64,000 nucleotides of DNA, taken from assembly GCA_964016885.1 (NCBI GenBank), contig OZ024748.1, positions 18,662,001-18,726,000 of the forward strand, read 5' to 3'. The DNA is from Eledone cirrhosa (lineage: Eukaryota). The notes under the pieces are model-generated. The model had not been told where the DNA came from. It worked only from the letters and a program-made list of their open reading frames with translations, and did no database searches. Below, piece after piece: positions 24,891-39,880 of this stretch; within the stretch, counting starts at the first letter, position 1, and every line of letters starts with the position of its first letter. The translations under genes were made by a program, and so were the position numbers.

Positions 24891-25466
24891 CTTGATATAT
24901 TTCTTTTTTCTTTTTATTTTCTTAGTTTATAGATACATCTATAATAAGCAGTCTGCCCAAACCGTTGAATACTGACCTCTCCCCCCCTCCCACCTAATTT
25001 CTGTATCTTGATCTAAATGTGTGTGACAGTGTTTATGTGAGTGAATTAATATCCATGTGCTTATGATATTATATCCACATATATATATGTGAGTGGGGGT
25101 GTGTGTGTGTTTGTATGTTCGTAATTATGTGTATGTTTATGCATATGCGCGCGCGTGTGTGTGATTGTACGGATATGTGTGAGTATGAGAATATGTGTAT
25201 ACACTTATTTCATATTTATGAGTCTATACGCATCTTATCTGTGCATTATAAACTTACAGAGACATTAACCTTGAAATTTTGTATTTGCATCCATCCTTTT
25301 GGTATGCGTATACATGTTGAGCATACATTTTTGTAAAATATGTGTAAGGGTAGTTACATGTATATACACACACCGAACTGCATAAAACCTTTTGTATTTT
25401 CATTGGTCAATTTTGTTCCCAAACGGACCTGAAATTTTGAATTGTTGTTATTATCAATAAATATAT

Positions 25467-25620
25467 TTCATTATTTCTGAAGACGGCGTATATATGTGTT
25501 GGTATGTATATTTAATCTTGATAGTTTGTATAATTTTGTATAATTTTGTACATAGATCTGTTGAATATGCATGCCAATTCTAACACATATATATCCTAGA
25601 AACGATCGTTAAATAATGAA
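25467..25620 (+). ncRNA. Type I hammerhead ribozyme with ~115-nt extended stem II
   Basis: Stem I TTCATTATTT/AAATAATGAA (10/10); core CTGAAGA...GAAA; palindromic stem III AACGATCGTT with GUU site; stem II arms TATATATGTGTT/AACACATATATA and GGTATGTATATT/AATATGCATGCC. Confidence 0.75.
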
Positions 25621-25680
25621 CTTTTTTTGTTTAATATAAGGAACTGTTTCATTGTTTTATTCATTATTTGTTTAATATTT

Positions 25681-25712
<32 letters not shown>

Positions 25713-26050
25713 TAAATTTGGTCAATCAGAACAAATACTAACTTTTTTTTCAGTCAAATTAAATATGTACTCAACTTTATGGTATTAAATACTGTATCTT
25801 CCATTCCATCCTAACAAACAAACATACACACACATATATACACACATATACTTCTATATAAAGGTGCTTACAGCCTATTTAGTCACAAAACATGGTGTAA
25901 AAATATTTACACCTCATTAACTAGAGGTATGTATATTCATACACACGTACAGATATTTAACACAATGTTATACCATTCTATTTGGTGTGTTTGTGTCTAC
26001 ACATAGATATATATGTATACACGTATACTTGCACACACACAAAACTCATA

Positions 26051-26087
<37 letters not shown>

Positions 26088-26256
26088 CTCTCTATATATA
26101 TAGATATATACACACCCCAAAGTACACATTTGAATGTATACATTGTAGTTTTCTTTCTCCCACCTCTCTCTCTTTATATATATATAAAATAAATATATAA
26201 ATAAATAAATAAAAAATATACATATATATACACATGTACCCTCCATCTCAACTCTA

Positions 26257-26292
26257 CTTTTGAAAAGCAGAAGAACTGCGAAACCGGTAAAG
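26257..26292 (+). ncRNA. Minimal hammerhead-like motif with U3-A8 core variant
   Basis: ctt-TTGAAAA-GCAG-aagaa-CTGC-GAAAC-CG-GTA-aag; palindromic ACCGGT stem III. Confidence 0.5.
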
Positions 26293-26384
26293 GAACCAAA
26301 TAAACATATATATATATTTTTTTTAAATAAGACTCCAGTTGCATTTTCGATTTCATCTTTTTTTCTTTATATATATATATACAT

Positions 26385-26453
<69 letters not shown>

Positions 26454-26483
26454 AGTGTGTAATCTCTCTCTCTCTCGCCCCCC

Positions 26484-26520
<37 letters not shown>

Positions 26521-27017
26521 CATGTAGCTGTGTAATCTCTCTCTCTCTCTCTCTGTATACATGTATGTACATATATATCTATGTGTGTGTGTATATATAT
26601 ACGTATATGGCATCAACACCATACTTCCCTTGCAGTAACTGAAAAATACAAAATAAAAGCTATAGAAAAATCTCCGTATTTGTTGATTGGTGAGGTTATT
26701 ATTGGTAGCAGGTGATTGTGGGGGTGGTGGTAGGTCATTGTGTGGGGGTGGACTGGGGTGTGGCTACTGGAATTGATACTGATAGTATGTGGTATGATGT
26801 GGGTACTTGAGTTGGTACTGGCAGTAGGTGAGTGAAGGGGACAGAGGTTAATACTGTTTACTGTTGATTGGGGGGGGGGGCAGTATGAGGTTGTTACTGT
26901 TTGTGGGTGGGTAGCTGGTAGTGTTGTGGTGGGTGGTAGCATTGTGGCGGGAGGTAATTATAAATCAATAATAGATCTCACCAAGATTTTTGGCAGCTGC
27001 AATTATCAGAATGGTAG

Positions 27018-27072
<55 letters not shown>

Positions 27073-27136
27073 CTAATATAAATAAACATATATATATATA
27101 CACATACATACACAAAAGTATATAGTATGTATAAAA

Positions 27137-27183
<47 letters not shown>

Positions 27184-27206
27184 TGGTGGGAGACAGAAAC
27201 TAACAG

Positions 27207-27958
27207 ACAGACAGATGTAGTTAGACTGATACAGACAGATGTAGTTAGACTGATTCAGACAGATGTAGTTAGACTGATTCAGACAGATGTAGTTAGACTG
27301 ATACAGACAGATGTAGTTAGACTGATACAGACAGATGTAGTTAGACTGATACAGACAGATGTAGTTAGACTGATACAGACAGATGTAGTTAGACTGATAC
27401 AGACAGATGTAGTTAGACTGATACAGACAGAGATGTAGTTAGACTGATACAGACAGATGTAGTTAGACTGATACAGACAGATGTAGTTAGACTGATACAG
27501 AGAGATGTAGTTAGACTTGAACAGACAGATGTAGTTAGACTTGAACAGACAGATGTAGTTAGACTTGAACAGACAGATGTAGTTAGACTTGAACAGACAG
27601 ATGTAGTTAGACTTGAACAGACAGATGTAGTTAGACTTGAACAGACAGATGTAGTTAGACTGATACAGAGAGATGTAGTTAGACTGATACAGAGAGATGT
27701 AGTTAGACTGATACAGAGAGATGTAGTTAGACTGATACAGAGAGATGCAGTTAGACTGATACAGAGAGATGCAGTTAGACTTATACAGACAGATGCAGTT
27801 AGACTGATACAGACAGATGTAGTTAGACTGATACAGACAGATGTAGTTAGACTGATACAGACAGATGTAGTTAGACTGATACAGACAGATGTAGTTAGAC
27901 TGATACAGACAGATGTAGTTAGACTGATACAGACAGATGTAGTTAGACTGATACAGAT
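27207..27958 (+). repeat. 24-bp minisatellite AGATGTAGTTAGACTGATACAGAC, ~31 copies
   Basis: Direct tandem array with blocks of variant units. Confidence 0.95.
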
Positions 27959-28677
27959 AGACAGATGTAATAATATAGGACAGACATATATAGATATGTA
28001 GGTAGACACATACATACATGCAGACATGTATATATGTGTCTACGTTATTTCATACAGATGTAATAAGGTAGACACATATACATGCAGGCAGGGGACAGAC
28101 CGACTGATGTAATAAGGTAGACACATATAGAGTCAGCTGTAAGGGGACAGACAGACAGACAGAGAGACACAGATGTAAGGTTGACATAGAGAAATATATA
28201 GAGTGATTGAAGAATCAATAGAAAGTGAAGAAAAAATTGATTATCCTTCAATAGCGTAATGTCCAATGTTGTGGTGGTGGGGAAATAAACATTAACTATA
28301 ACATGGGAGAGATAGAGAGGGGAGCGGGAAATGGAGGAGAGGTAGGGAGAAGTAGAGACAGGTATAGAGAGAGGAAGGGGGAGACAGAGAAGGATGGTGG
28401 GAGAGATAGAGAGGTAGAGAGTGGAAGGGACAGGTTTAGAGAGGGGAAGTGAGAGACAGAGAGGAAGAGACATGTATAGAGAGAGAGGAAGGGAGAGACA
28501 GAGAGAAGTAGGGAGAGAGGGAAGGTGGGAGAGATATAGAAGAGAAGTAGGAAGATATAGAGAGAAGGAGAGAGAGAGAAAAAATGTCTGAATGAAAATA
28601 GCTACATGGAACTAGTTTTTTTCCAACAGTGTAATTTAACAACTGTACACATAGTGTACACAAATACACACATACAA

Positions 28678-28710
<33 letters not shown>

Positions 28711-28899
28711 CACACACACGCACACACACACACACGCGCACACACAAATGCATACACACAAATGCATACACACAAATGCATACACACTCACACATACACA
28801 CACACATATATATATATATCATCATCAACAACATCATTACTTCACATCCATTCTCTCTGCTACATGCTCATACACACACATATAGAAACTACAGTTTAA

Positions 28900-29685
28900 T
28901 ACTAAGTTTACCACCACCACCACCACCACCCTCATCACTACACATCACCTCATTCACCACCATCATCACTGTACAACTCCACCATCACCACCACTATATA
29001 TCACCACCATCATCACCACTACTATACTCCACCATCACCACGACCGCCATCACCACTACCACCACCACCATCACCATCAACACCGCCACCATCACCACTG
29101 CCACACCACCACTACCACCACCACCATCACTACCACCACCACCATCACTATCACCACTTCCATCACTACCACCACCACTACCACAACCACCATCACCATC
29201 AACACCACCACCATCACTACCACCACCACTACCACTACCACCACCACCATCACTACCACCATCACTACCACCACCACCATCACTACCACCACCACCATCA
29301 CTACCACCACCACCTCCATCACTACCACCACCACCTCCATCACTACCACCACCACCTCCATCACTACCACCACCACCTCCATCACTACCACCACCACTAC
29401 CACCACCACCATCACCATCAACACACCACTACTACCACCACTACCACCACTACCACCACTACTACCACCACTACCACCACCACTACCACCACCACCATCA
29501 CTACCACCACCACCATCACTACCACCACCTCCACCACCACCATCACCATCGCTACCACGACCACTACCACCACTACTACCACCACTACCACCACCACTAC
29601 CACCACCACCATCACTACCACCACCACCATCACTACCACCACCTCCACCACCACCATCGCTACCACGACCACTACCACCACTAAC
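28900..29685. repeat. (ACC/ACT/ATC)n trinucleotide low-complexity tract (similar tracts 13995-14415, 15750-16155, 30540-30750, 31720-31970, 54065-54462)
   Basis: Direct inspection. Confidence 0.9.
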
Positions 29686-29759
29686 ACCAAAATCTTGTAA
29701 TTAACATCTTTTACAAGTTTTCTTTATTATAATTTTTTAATTCCTTTTTTTTCTTTTTA

Positions 29760-29818
<59 letters not shown>

Positions 29819-30848
29819 ACTTCTACCTCTTATTCTTCTCCTTTTCTCTCTTTCTATTTCTACCTTCTGTTCTCCCTTTTTATCTCTTGCTCTCTCACTC
29901 TCTTTGCTTCCCTTATCTACCTTTTGCTCTCTTTTTACCTGTCTCTCTCTGCCTTTCTGTCTGTCTCTCTCTCTGTTCCCCTTCTCCCCCCGTTTTTATC
30001 TCTCTCTGTTTCTCTCTTTCTCTGTGTTCTCCCCCCCCCCATTCTTTTTCCCCCACTATCTCTTTCCTTCTTTCTTTCACTTTCTTTCCCACTCTCTCTT
30101 TCACTTTCTTTCCCACTCTCTCTGTTTCTGTTGCTCTCTCTATCTCTCTCTCTCTGCACCCCCCCCTTCTCTGTCCCCCCTCCCACTATCTCTCCTGTAC
30201 ACCAGCCACTCTAGCTGTACCTAACATTAGTTAATATCCAATGTACCTTCCTGTTATAAACCAGAAATATTCTTCTGTCGCCTCTTTTCCAATCTTGCTG
30301 CTCTCATCTCTGGCACACTTTTTTCATACTACAACAACTACTACAATAACAACAGTAACAGCAGCAATAACTACAACAACAACAACAATAATAATAATAA
30401 TAACAGCAGTAATCATCATAATAATAATGATTTCTTTATCTTTTGTCATTCAGCCATATTTTGTCTCGCTCTCTCACTCTCTCTCTCTCTCTGAGTTTCT
30501 TCCTCTCAGAGAGTCAAGATGGACATCATGCAATGCTATCATCGCATCACAATAACCTCCATCACCACCGCCATCATAATCACCACTACCACCGGCACCT
30601 CTATAACAATCACCATCCCTATCACAATAACCACCACCACCACCACCACCACCATCCCTATCACAATAACCACCACCACCATCATCATCATCATCACAAT
30701 AACCACAACCACCATCACAATACCCACCATCACCATCACTACAACAACCACCATGTCATGATTTTATGTAAGAATATTTTAAAAGTTATATTCCAAAAAC
30801 CAACCCTACATATTCTTGATTATTTTCAAAATAAATTGGAAATCATAC

Positions 30849-31372
30849 TTTCATTAGAACTATGGTAATGAAAGGGTTAATGACATAGATAGTGTCTTTC
30901 ATTAGAACTATGGTAATGAAAGGGTTAATGACATAGGCAAGTGTATTTCATTAGAATTATGGTAATGAAAGGGTTAATGACATAGATAGTGTCTTTCATT
31001 AGAACTATGGTAATGAAAGGGTTAATGACTTAGGCAAGTGTCTTTCATTAGAAATATTGTAATGAAAAGGTTAATGATTCAGGCAAGTGTATTTCATTAA
31101 AAATATGGTAATGAAAGGGTTAATGACATAGACAAGTGTATTTCATTTGAAATATGGCAATGAAAAGGTTAATGATACAGGCAGTGTATTTCATTAGAAA
31201 TATTGTAATGAAAAGGTTAATGACATAGGCAAGTGTATTTCATTAGAAATATTGTAATGAAAAGGTTAATGACATAGGCAAGTGTATTTCATTAGAAATA
31301 TTGTAATGAAAAGGTTAATGACATAGGCAAGTGTATTTCATTAGAAATATGGTAATGGAAAGGTTAATGACA
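30849..31372 (+). repeat. ~47-48-bp minisatellite TTTCATTAGAAxTATGGTAATGAAAGGGTTAATGACATAGGCAAGTGTA, ~11 copies
   Basis: Direct tandem array; unit is the reverse complement of the TTAACCCTTT...TTTCTAATGAAAGACAC MITE end seen at 32150-35930. Confidence 0.9.
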
Positions 31373-32699
31373 TCAGGTGTAAATCCTTTACTGTGTGTAT
31401 CCGGTTTAGAATAGGTACACTGTATCCCTGTGTATATCCAGTTTAGAATAGGTACACCATATCCCTGCTTTCGCAAGAAAAACAAGAAAATAAGTATCAT
31501 CACACTTGTTGCTGTTGTGTAGAGCCATGATCTCACAAGACATAAATACCAAAGATATTCTTCAGGTAGAATTTGATGTTGGTCTTGAAATAATAATAAT
31601 AATAATCTGCCCAGGATGACAACCTATATATACATATTCTGATGAACTGATTGAGTGTTTTGGTTAACCTTTTGAAAAAAGAAATTGTTATTGTGGTTTT
31701 TGTTCAGAATAAACTGTAGTAGTGGTGATAAGGGTGGAGGTGGTTGTTGCCATGGTGGTGATGATGGTGATGGTTGTGATGATGGTGATAGTTGTGGTTG
31801 TAATGGTGATAGTAATGATGATGATGGTTGTGATGGTGATGGTGATAGTATTGGTAATGGTGGTGATGATGGTGATAGTTGTGATGATGATGATGGTGAT
31901 GGTGATAGCAATGGTGGTGGTGGTGGTGGTGATGGTAATAAAGATGAATATATTGGTGGTGGTTGTGGTAGGGTTAACTCTGTACTGTAAACCACTTATA
32001 CAAAGATATTAGGAAGGAATTTTTTCAGTTTTTGTTATATTTATTATCTCATTTCTTTGCTTATTAACACATTTCATGACAATACTGCAATTAAATGTTT
32101 TAACAGTGATATAAGTCAGTTTATTAACACATTTAATGATAACACCGTTGCTAACCCTTTCGTTATCACATTTCTAATGAAAGACTTTGTTTACTGTGAT
32201 TCAGTAATATAATCAACTTTCCAATTATTTAAGCTGGTGTTTGGAACATAACTTAACAAAGGTTCTTACATAAAATTATGGTGGAAAAGTTTTAGATAAT
32301 TCTATACACTTTAACCCTTTCATTACCATATTTCTAATGAAGGACACTGTCTATGATTTTCAAATAATTTCTAAAATCATCAAGTGTTTGGAGCATAACA
32401 AAGATTCTTACACAAAATTATAATTGGAGGTTTTTAAATAAGTATAAACACTTTAAAACAAACAGTTATTTATTTGTATTAAAAGGGTTTAGTTGGTTCT
32501 CAACTATGTGTTATTATTAATTTATGTATGTATAGTGTGTATATAAACTCTAACACAGACAGGGTTTTAAAAAACCATTATCACTTTAGTGAGATTGCAA
32601 GGATAAAAACTGTATTATTGGAGACCATACAGTATTGTATATGTGAGTAGAGTCTAAGTAATGGTGAGACAGCGATGACTGAATGAGTATCCTCCACTT

Positions 32700-32900
32700 T
32701 CAACTAACTATTCTTCATCTCTGGGTCACGGCCAACAAGATGGAGAATACATTACCCTGGAGGATAGCAAGGGAGACATGCTGGAACAGTCACTCCACCT
32801 CGTGGGGCTTGCATCTGCGGGCAGTCAACTCCACTCCAATAGCAGTGAGTAGAGGTGAGGTCCAGGTTTTACATTCTTTTTCAATTGTCAAACACTCAAT
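32700..32900 (-). mobile_element. CRE-like (RLE-type) non-LTR retrotransposon 3' remnant
   Basis: Minus strand LLTAIGVELTARRCKPHEVE*LFQHVSLAILQGNVFSIL. Confidence 0.6.
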
Positions 32901-33679
32901 TTGTTTGTGTAATCCTAACAAGGATGGAGTGAAGAAGAGGAGTGCTAGATGAGTGCTAATGTTTTCTAATTTAGATACAAGGCCAACAATTTTGGGGCAA
33001 GGCGAAGTCGTTTAAATCGACCCCAGTTTGTTACTGGTATTTTAATATCAAAGCCAATAATTTGGGGGGAAGGGGAAGTCGATTAAGTCGACCCCAGTGT
33101 GTTTCTGGTACTTTATTTTATCGACCCTTTAAGGATGAAAGGCAAACTTAACCTCGGAACATAAAAGGATGTAACTATATGCTGTAAAGCATATTGTCCT
33201 CAATGTTTACATTCTACTGATACTAGACATGATGATGCTAGACTGATACTAGACATGATGATGCTAACAATAATAACAATAATAAAGATGATGATAATGA
33301 GATTCATGGTGACAGTAATCATAACAAAGATGATGATGATAATGATGATGGCAATTATTATTATTTCATTTATTGACTGCAGACACCCTAGACATTGAGG
33401 ACAAGATAGTAATAATAATAATAATAATAATCACTGACAACAAAAATGATTATAATGAGATAATGATAATGATGATGATGATAATAGTTTATTTACATAG
33501 CCGTGAAAGTAACCCCCTCTTCCCATCCAAAAATAGTGAGTAAATACTGAAGGTTTTTCATGTCAATTGTGAGGATGAAATTTGATGCTAAAGTCTGTCG
33601 TTAGACATAGAATTGGTAAAGAATGGTGTTAAATGGTGCTGAAACCTTAATGACACAAGCTGGGAGGTGGAATTGAGTG

Positions 33680-33738
<59 letters not shown>

Positions 33739-34088
33739 TCATTATCATTTAATGTCCAATTTCCACATTAGCATGGGTTAACCAGGTTGTCCTGTTTGAG
33801 GCAGGTTGGGTTAGGTGACCGTGCCTTGCTCATATAGAACTGTTTCTAGCTTGGTTTCTAAAGCTGGATGCCCTTCCTAATGCTAACCACATTTACATTG
33901 TGTGCTGGGTGCTTTTTGTTGTGACTCCTATACGACCACTTTACATTGTAGACTGGGTGCTATATGTATATATACATGAGAGAGAAAGTCTAAGTAATAG
34001 AGTGCGTTACTGATGTTGGTACCAATATTAGCACTCGATGATGTACAGGGAGTGTGTGTATAAGAAACTTCATTGTTTTTTTCATATC

Positions 34089-34144
<56 letters not shown>

Positions 34145-34233
34145 ATTTATACACACACACACACACTCACACACACATGCATGTATGTGTATTCACACAA
34201 CATATTTACCTCTTTACTCTGTTATTTGTACTA

Positions 34234-34269
<36 letters not shown>

Positions 34270-35436
34270 ATTCACATACATTATATGTATGTTTGCACAT
34301 ATATGTGTGTGTGTGTCTGTCTGTGTGTGCTTGTTTTGTGTAATGATGTAATAAATAGAAATGTTATGATGTAATAAACTCACTAAACATGTGCTGAATG
34401 AGATGAAAACATCACGGCCATAATGATGATGATGATGATGACTATGAGCATTCTCATTAAAGCTGCCCTCTCCAGTGAAGTATTTAATCATCATCATCAT
34501 TATCATCACCACCACCACCACCACCACCACCACCACCACCATCATCATCACCATCATTTAACATGTTTTCCCTTAAATCCATCATAATCCACTTAGATTA
34601 TCTTGAAGGTTTAACCTCATCTCCTGTGTCTCTACTCAGGTCCCCTCATTCAATCACTCATCCTTTCATTCTATAATTGTCTCAGTATATGTATCCTGTA
34701 TTTCTAATGAAAGACACAATCCTTTATGATTTCCATGTCAGTTTAAAAATAATCAAGAATTTAGAGGATTGTGTAATATAACTAACTTTCTTATTATTAA
34801 GTTGGTTTGGAACAAAGGTTCTTACATAAAATTATGTTGAAATGTTTTTAGATAAACAAACACTAACTCTTTTATTATCATATTTCTAATGAAAGACACT
34901 GTTGTTGTTTAGAACATAACTTAACAAAGGTTATTGCATAAAATTATGTTGGTATGTTTTTAGATAAACAAACACTTTAACCCTTTTATTATCATATTTC
35001 TAATGAAAGACATGTTGTTTAGAACATAACTTAACAAAGGTTATTGCATAAAATTATGTTGGAATGTTTTTAGATAAATTAAACACTTTAACCATTTCAT
35101 TATCATATTTCTAATGAAAGACACTGCCTATGATTTCCAAATAATTTTGAAAATAATCAAGGATTTGGGGGCATTTTATTCCTTGGAGGGTCATAGGAGC
35201 AGAGTCCTCAAACACTCCTTTTATTGGGTCCTGTCAGAAGTAACCATATTTAATTGATGCAGCTGGACCCCCAAGTGAGACTAGTCGAGCTCATGGATAT
35301 TATCTGACCAATAATAATATAACTGAGTTTCTCATTATTAGGCTGGTGTTTGGAACATGATTTACAATGGTTCTTACATAAAATTACATTGGAAGGTTTT
35401 TAAGATAAATATAAACACTTTAACCCTTTTATCATA

Positions 35437-35621
35437 CAGGGTGTATCAAAAAGGCTATATCTTTTTAAACAAATGACCATATAATCATGTGGTAACTTGT
35501 ACATTACATGTCTGAATATAAAGTTTTGTTCATTTTTTTTTATAACTTTTATAAATAATACAGATTGAGCATTTGTAAAAATTAATAAAATTAGATGATT
35601 TTAATTTTTTTACACACCCTG
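35437..35621. mobile_element. Tc1/mariner-type MITE
   Basis: TA|CAGGGTGT...ACACCCTG|TA; interrupts the local repeat ATCATA/TTTCTA..AAAGA. Confidence 0.8.
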
Positions 35622-36123
35622 TATTTCTACTAAAGATTTTGGAGAGATTCAGTCATTTATATACCCTTTTACTTATTTCAGCCGATGGGCTGAGGCCATG
35701 CTGGGGCACCGCCATTCTTAATATAGCTAACTTTTGTTTTATTTAGCTGGTATTTGAAATCTAACATAACAAATATTCCTATATAGAATTATGACGGAAT
35801 GTTTTTAGATAAATATAAACACTTTAACCCTTTTGTTACTATATATATAGATTGAAACACACTTTAAACCAAACAGTTTTGTGTCATAAAAGCTGGGGTA
35901 GTTTTGGGCAGTTTAGTTATCAAAAAGGATTGACAGTAAATAATACAATTTCGCTACCATCTAACCACGCTCCACCTATTTTTTGTACAATGTGGGTGGG
36001 GTTGTTTAACTATTTTTGAAATAAATGTCAAAGGTTAAGTAAAATAAGGTCATAGTGAAATGTCACTAGCCTAGGATTGCTACCTTTACACATATTTCAT
36101 ATTTCATATTCCGGATATTGATC

Positions 36124-36155
<32 letters not shown>

Positions 36156-36209
36156 ACATACATATATATATATATTTACAGATTTTTGGCTGGCTGTTGA
36201 CTCTTATGA

Positions 36210-36422
36210 AACGACCTAGACATTAGTAGAGAGCCGACCAGGAGGTGTATCTGCCCCGATAGATCTACGTTTTCCCTCAACAACAGATGCCGAGAATGTA
36301 ACGTGATCTATCAATGCAACGGAGGGACGGAAAACTCCAATAAAGCCTACTTAGGATTAACCACTTGTGACTACCAACACCAACACACGTTCAGAAACCC
36401 AGCCTGGCGACATGCCACTACG
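36210..36422 (+). pseudogene. Penelope-like element GIY-YIG endonuclease fragment
   Basis: In-frame [25 protein letters not shown]...KAYLGLTT...HTFRNP..HATT matches the CxC..C..VIY..YIG pattern of PLE endonucleases; flanked by TA-rich microsatellite. Confidence 0.75.
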
Positions 36423-36463
36423 TGTATATATATATGTATATATCATCATCATCATCATATGAC

Positions 36464-36503
<40 letters not shown>

Positions 36504-36534
36504 GTGTGTATATATGTGTGTATATATGTATATA

Positions 36535-36575
<41 letters not shown>

Positions 36576-36686
36576 GTATATATATATATGTATATATGTA
36601 TATATATATATATGTATATATGTATATATATATGTATGTATGTATATATATATGTATGTATATATATATGTATGTATATATATATG

Positions 36687-36717
<31 letters not shown>

Positions 36718-37110
36718 GTATATATGTGTATATATATATATGTATATATATATGTATATATATATGTATATATATATGTATATATATATGTATATATATA
36801 TGTATATATATATGTATATATATATGTATATATATATGTATATATATATGTATATATATATGTATATATATATGTATATATATATGTATGTATATATGTA
36901 TATATATATGTATATATATATGTATATATATATGTATATATATATGTATATATATATGTATATATATATGTATATATATATGTATATATATATGTATATA
37001 TATATGTATATATATATGTATATATGTATGTATATATATATGTATATATGTATGTATATATGTATGTATATATGTATGTATATATGTATGTATATATGTA
37101 TGTATATATG

Positions 37111-37173
<63 letters not shown>

Positions 37174-37208
37174 GTATATATGTATATATATGTATATGTA
37201 TATATATG

Positions 37209-37277
<69 letters not shown>

Positions 37278-37328
37278 GTATATATGTATATATGTATATA
37301 TATATATATGTATATATATGTATATATG

Positions 37329-37361
<33 letters not shown>

Positions 37362-37382
37362 GTGTATATATATATATATGTG

Positions 37383-37413
<31 letters not shown>

Positions 37414-37416
37414 GTG

Positions 37417-37520
<104 letters not shown>

Positions 37521-37594
37521 TGTATATATATGTATATATGTATATATGTATATATGTATATATGTATATATATGTATATATGTATATATATATG

Positions 37595-37679
<85 letters not shown>

Positions 37680-37822
37680 ATATATATATGTATATATGTA
37701 TATATATATATGTATATATGTATATATATGTATATATATGTATATATATGTATATATATGTATATATATGTATATATGTATATATATGTATATATGTATA
37801 TATATGTATATATATATATATG

Positions 37823-37869
<47 letters not shown>

Positions 37870-37873
37870 ATAT

Positions 37874-37913
<40 letters not shown>

Positions 37914-38512
37914 GTATATGTATATATATATATGTATATATGTATATGTATATATGTATATATATATATGTATATATATATATGTATATATATATATGTA
38001 TATATATATATGTATATGTATATATGTATATATATATATGTATATATATATATGTATATGTATATATGTATATGTATATATGTATATATATATATGTATA
38101 TATGTATATATATATATGTATATATGTATATATATATATGTATATATGTATATATATATATGTATATATATATGTATATGTATATATATATATGTATATA
38201 TGTATATGTATATATGTATATATATATATGTATATATGTATATATGTATATGTATATATGTATATGTATATATGTATATATATATATGTATATATATATA
38301 TGTATATATATATATGTATATATATATATGTATATATATATATGTATATATATATATATGTATATATATATACATGTATATATATATACATGTATATATA
38401 TATATGTATATATATATGTATATATGTATATGTATATATGTATATGTATATATGTATATATGTATATGTATATATGTATATATATATATGTATATATATA
38501 TATGTATATATG

Positions 38513-39119
38513 TCAGGTCACCAGTTGGTGCTACTGGTAACATGTATCCCAGTACAACCTGTCTCATGGTCGGGTCGTTGGCGACTAAACTGGCAACCCC
38601 ACCAAGTTTTCTTGGTGAGGAGGGTGACTTTGGACATCCTGCGGGACTAAAAACAAAACCTGTCAAAGGGCAAAGGAGCTCTTAAGAGTCAATGGCCATC
38701 CAAAATCACCGGGAGAGATGACCCCTTAGCCTTTGTCAAGGCAGAATTCTAGGAGAAGGAAAACTCTGATATAACACCTGCAACTCTGATGGTATCCAAT
38801 GATGTTGACTTGTTCTTCTTTTTGGTAAATATCATCTTGGTTAAGAGAGTGGGACTGGCTTTGTGCAGTGCCTTTACTCACTATAAAAGCTTCACGGCAC
38901 AGGCATTGCTTTATATCTGGAGATCTCTCTGCACTTGTCGTCACATGGTACCATGGGCCCAGCACTATGTGTCAATAATTGTCACAAGTGTAGTGTTTGT
39001 ACCAGAGTTTTCAAGTCGCTGGCTGGACTAAAAAGTCACACTTGTTTAGCGCATCGGTAGGGGTTCTCCTACATGGATATAAAGTAGTGGCCGTACTCGA
39101 AAACGAGTTGGCAGCCACC

Positions 39120-39120
<1 letters not shown>
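38513..39120 (+). mobile_element. Non-coding RTE-5'UTR-like element in (TA)n; partial second copy at 44874-45244
   Basis: CTAGGAGAAGGAAAACTCTGA motif typical of RTE 5' UTRs; 38745-39120 matches 44874-45244 with about a dozen differences. Confidence 0.6.
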
Positions 39121-39151
<31 letters not shown>

Positions 39152-39172
39152 GTGTATATATATATATATGTG

Positions 39173-39207
<35 letters not shown>

Positions 39208-39210
39208 GTG

Positions 39211-39313
<103 letters not shown>

Positions 39314-39400
39314 ATATATATGTATATATGTATATATATATGTATATATGTATATATATGTATATATGTATATATGTATATATATGTATATATGTATATA

Positions 39401-39707
<307 letters not shown>

Positions 39708-39784
39708 ATATATGTATATATATGTATATATATGTATATATGTATATATATGTATATGTATATATATGTATATATATATATATG

Positions 39785-39829
<45 letters not shown>

Positions 39830-39833
39830 TATA

Positions 39834-39880
<47 letters not shown>

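Noticed and set aside
27207-27958. Regular 24-bp array resembling a CRISPR or a repeat protein (YQSNYICL)n
   Set aside because: No unique spacers, no cas genes, eukaryotic context; an ordinary minisatellite.
28776-29690. Pro/His-rich extensin-like ORF and similar poly-H/V/T ORFs at 14, 16, 30.5, 31.7 and 54.1 kb
   Set aside because: Trinucleotide low-complexity tracts open in several frames, with no splice or domain support.
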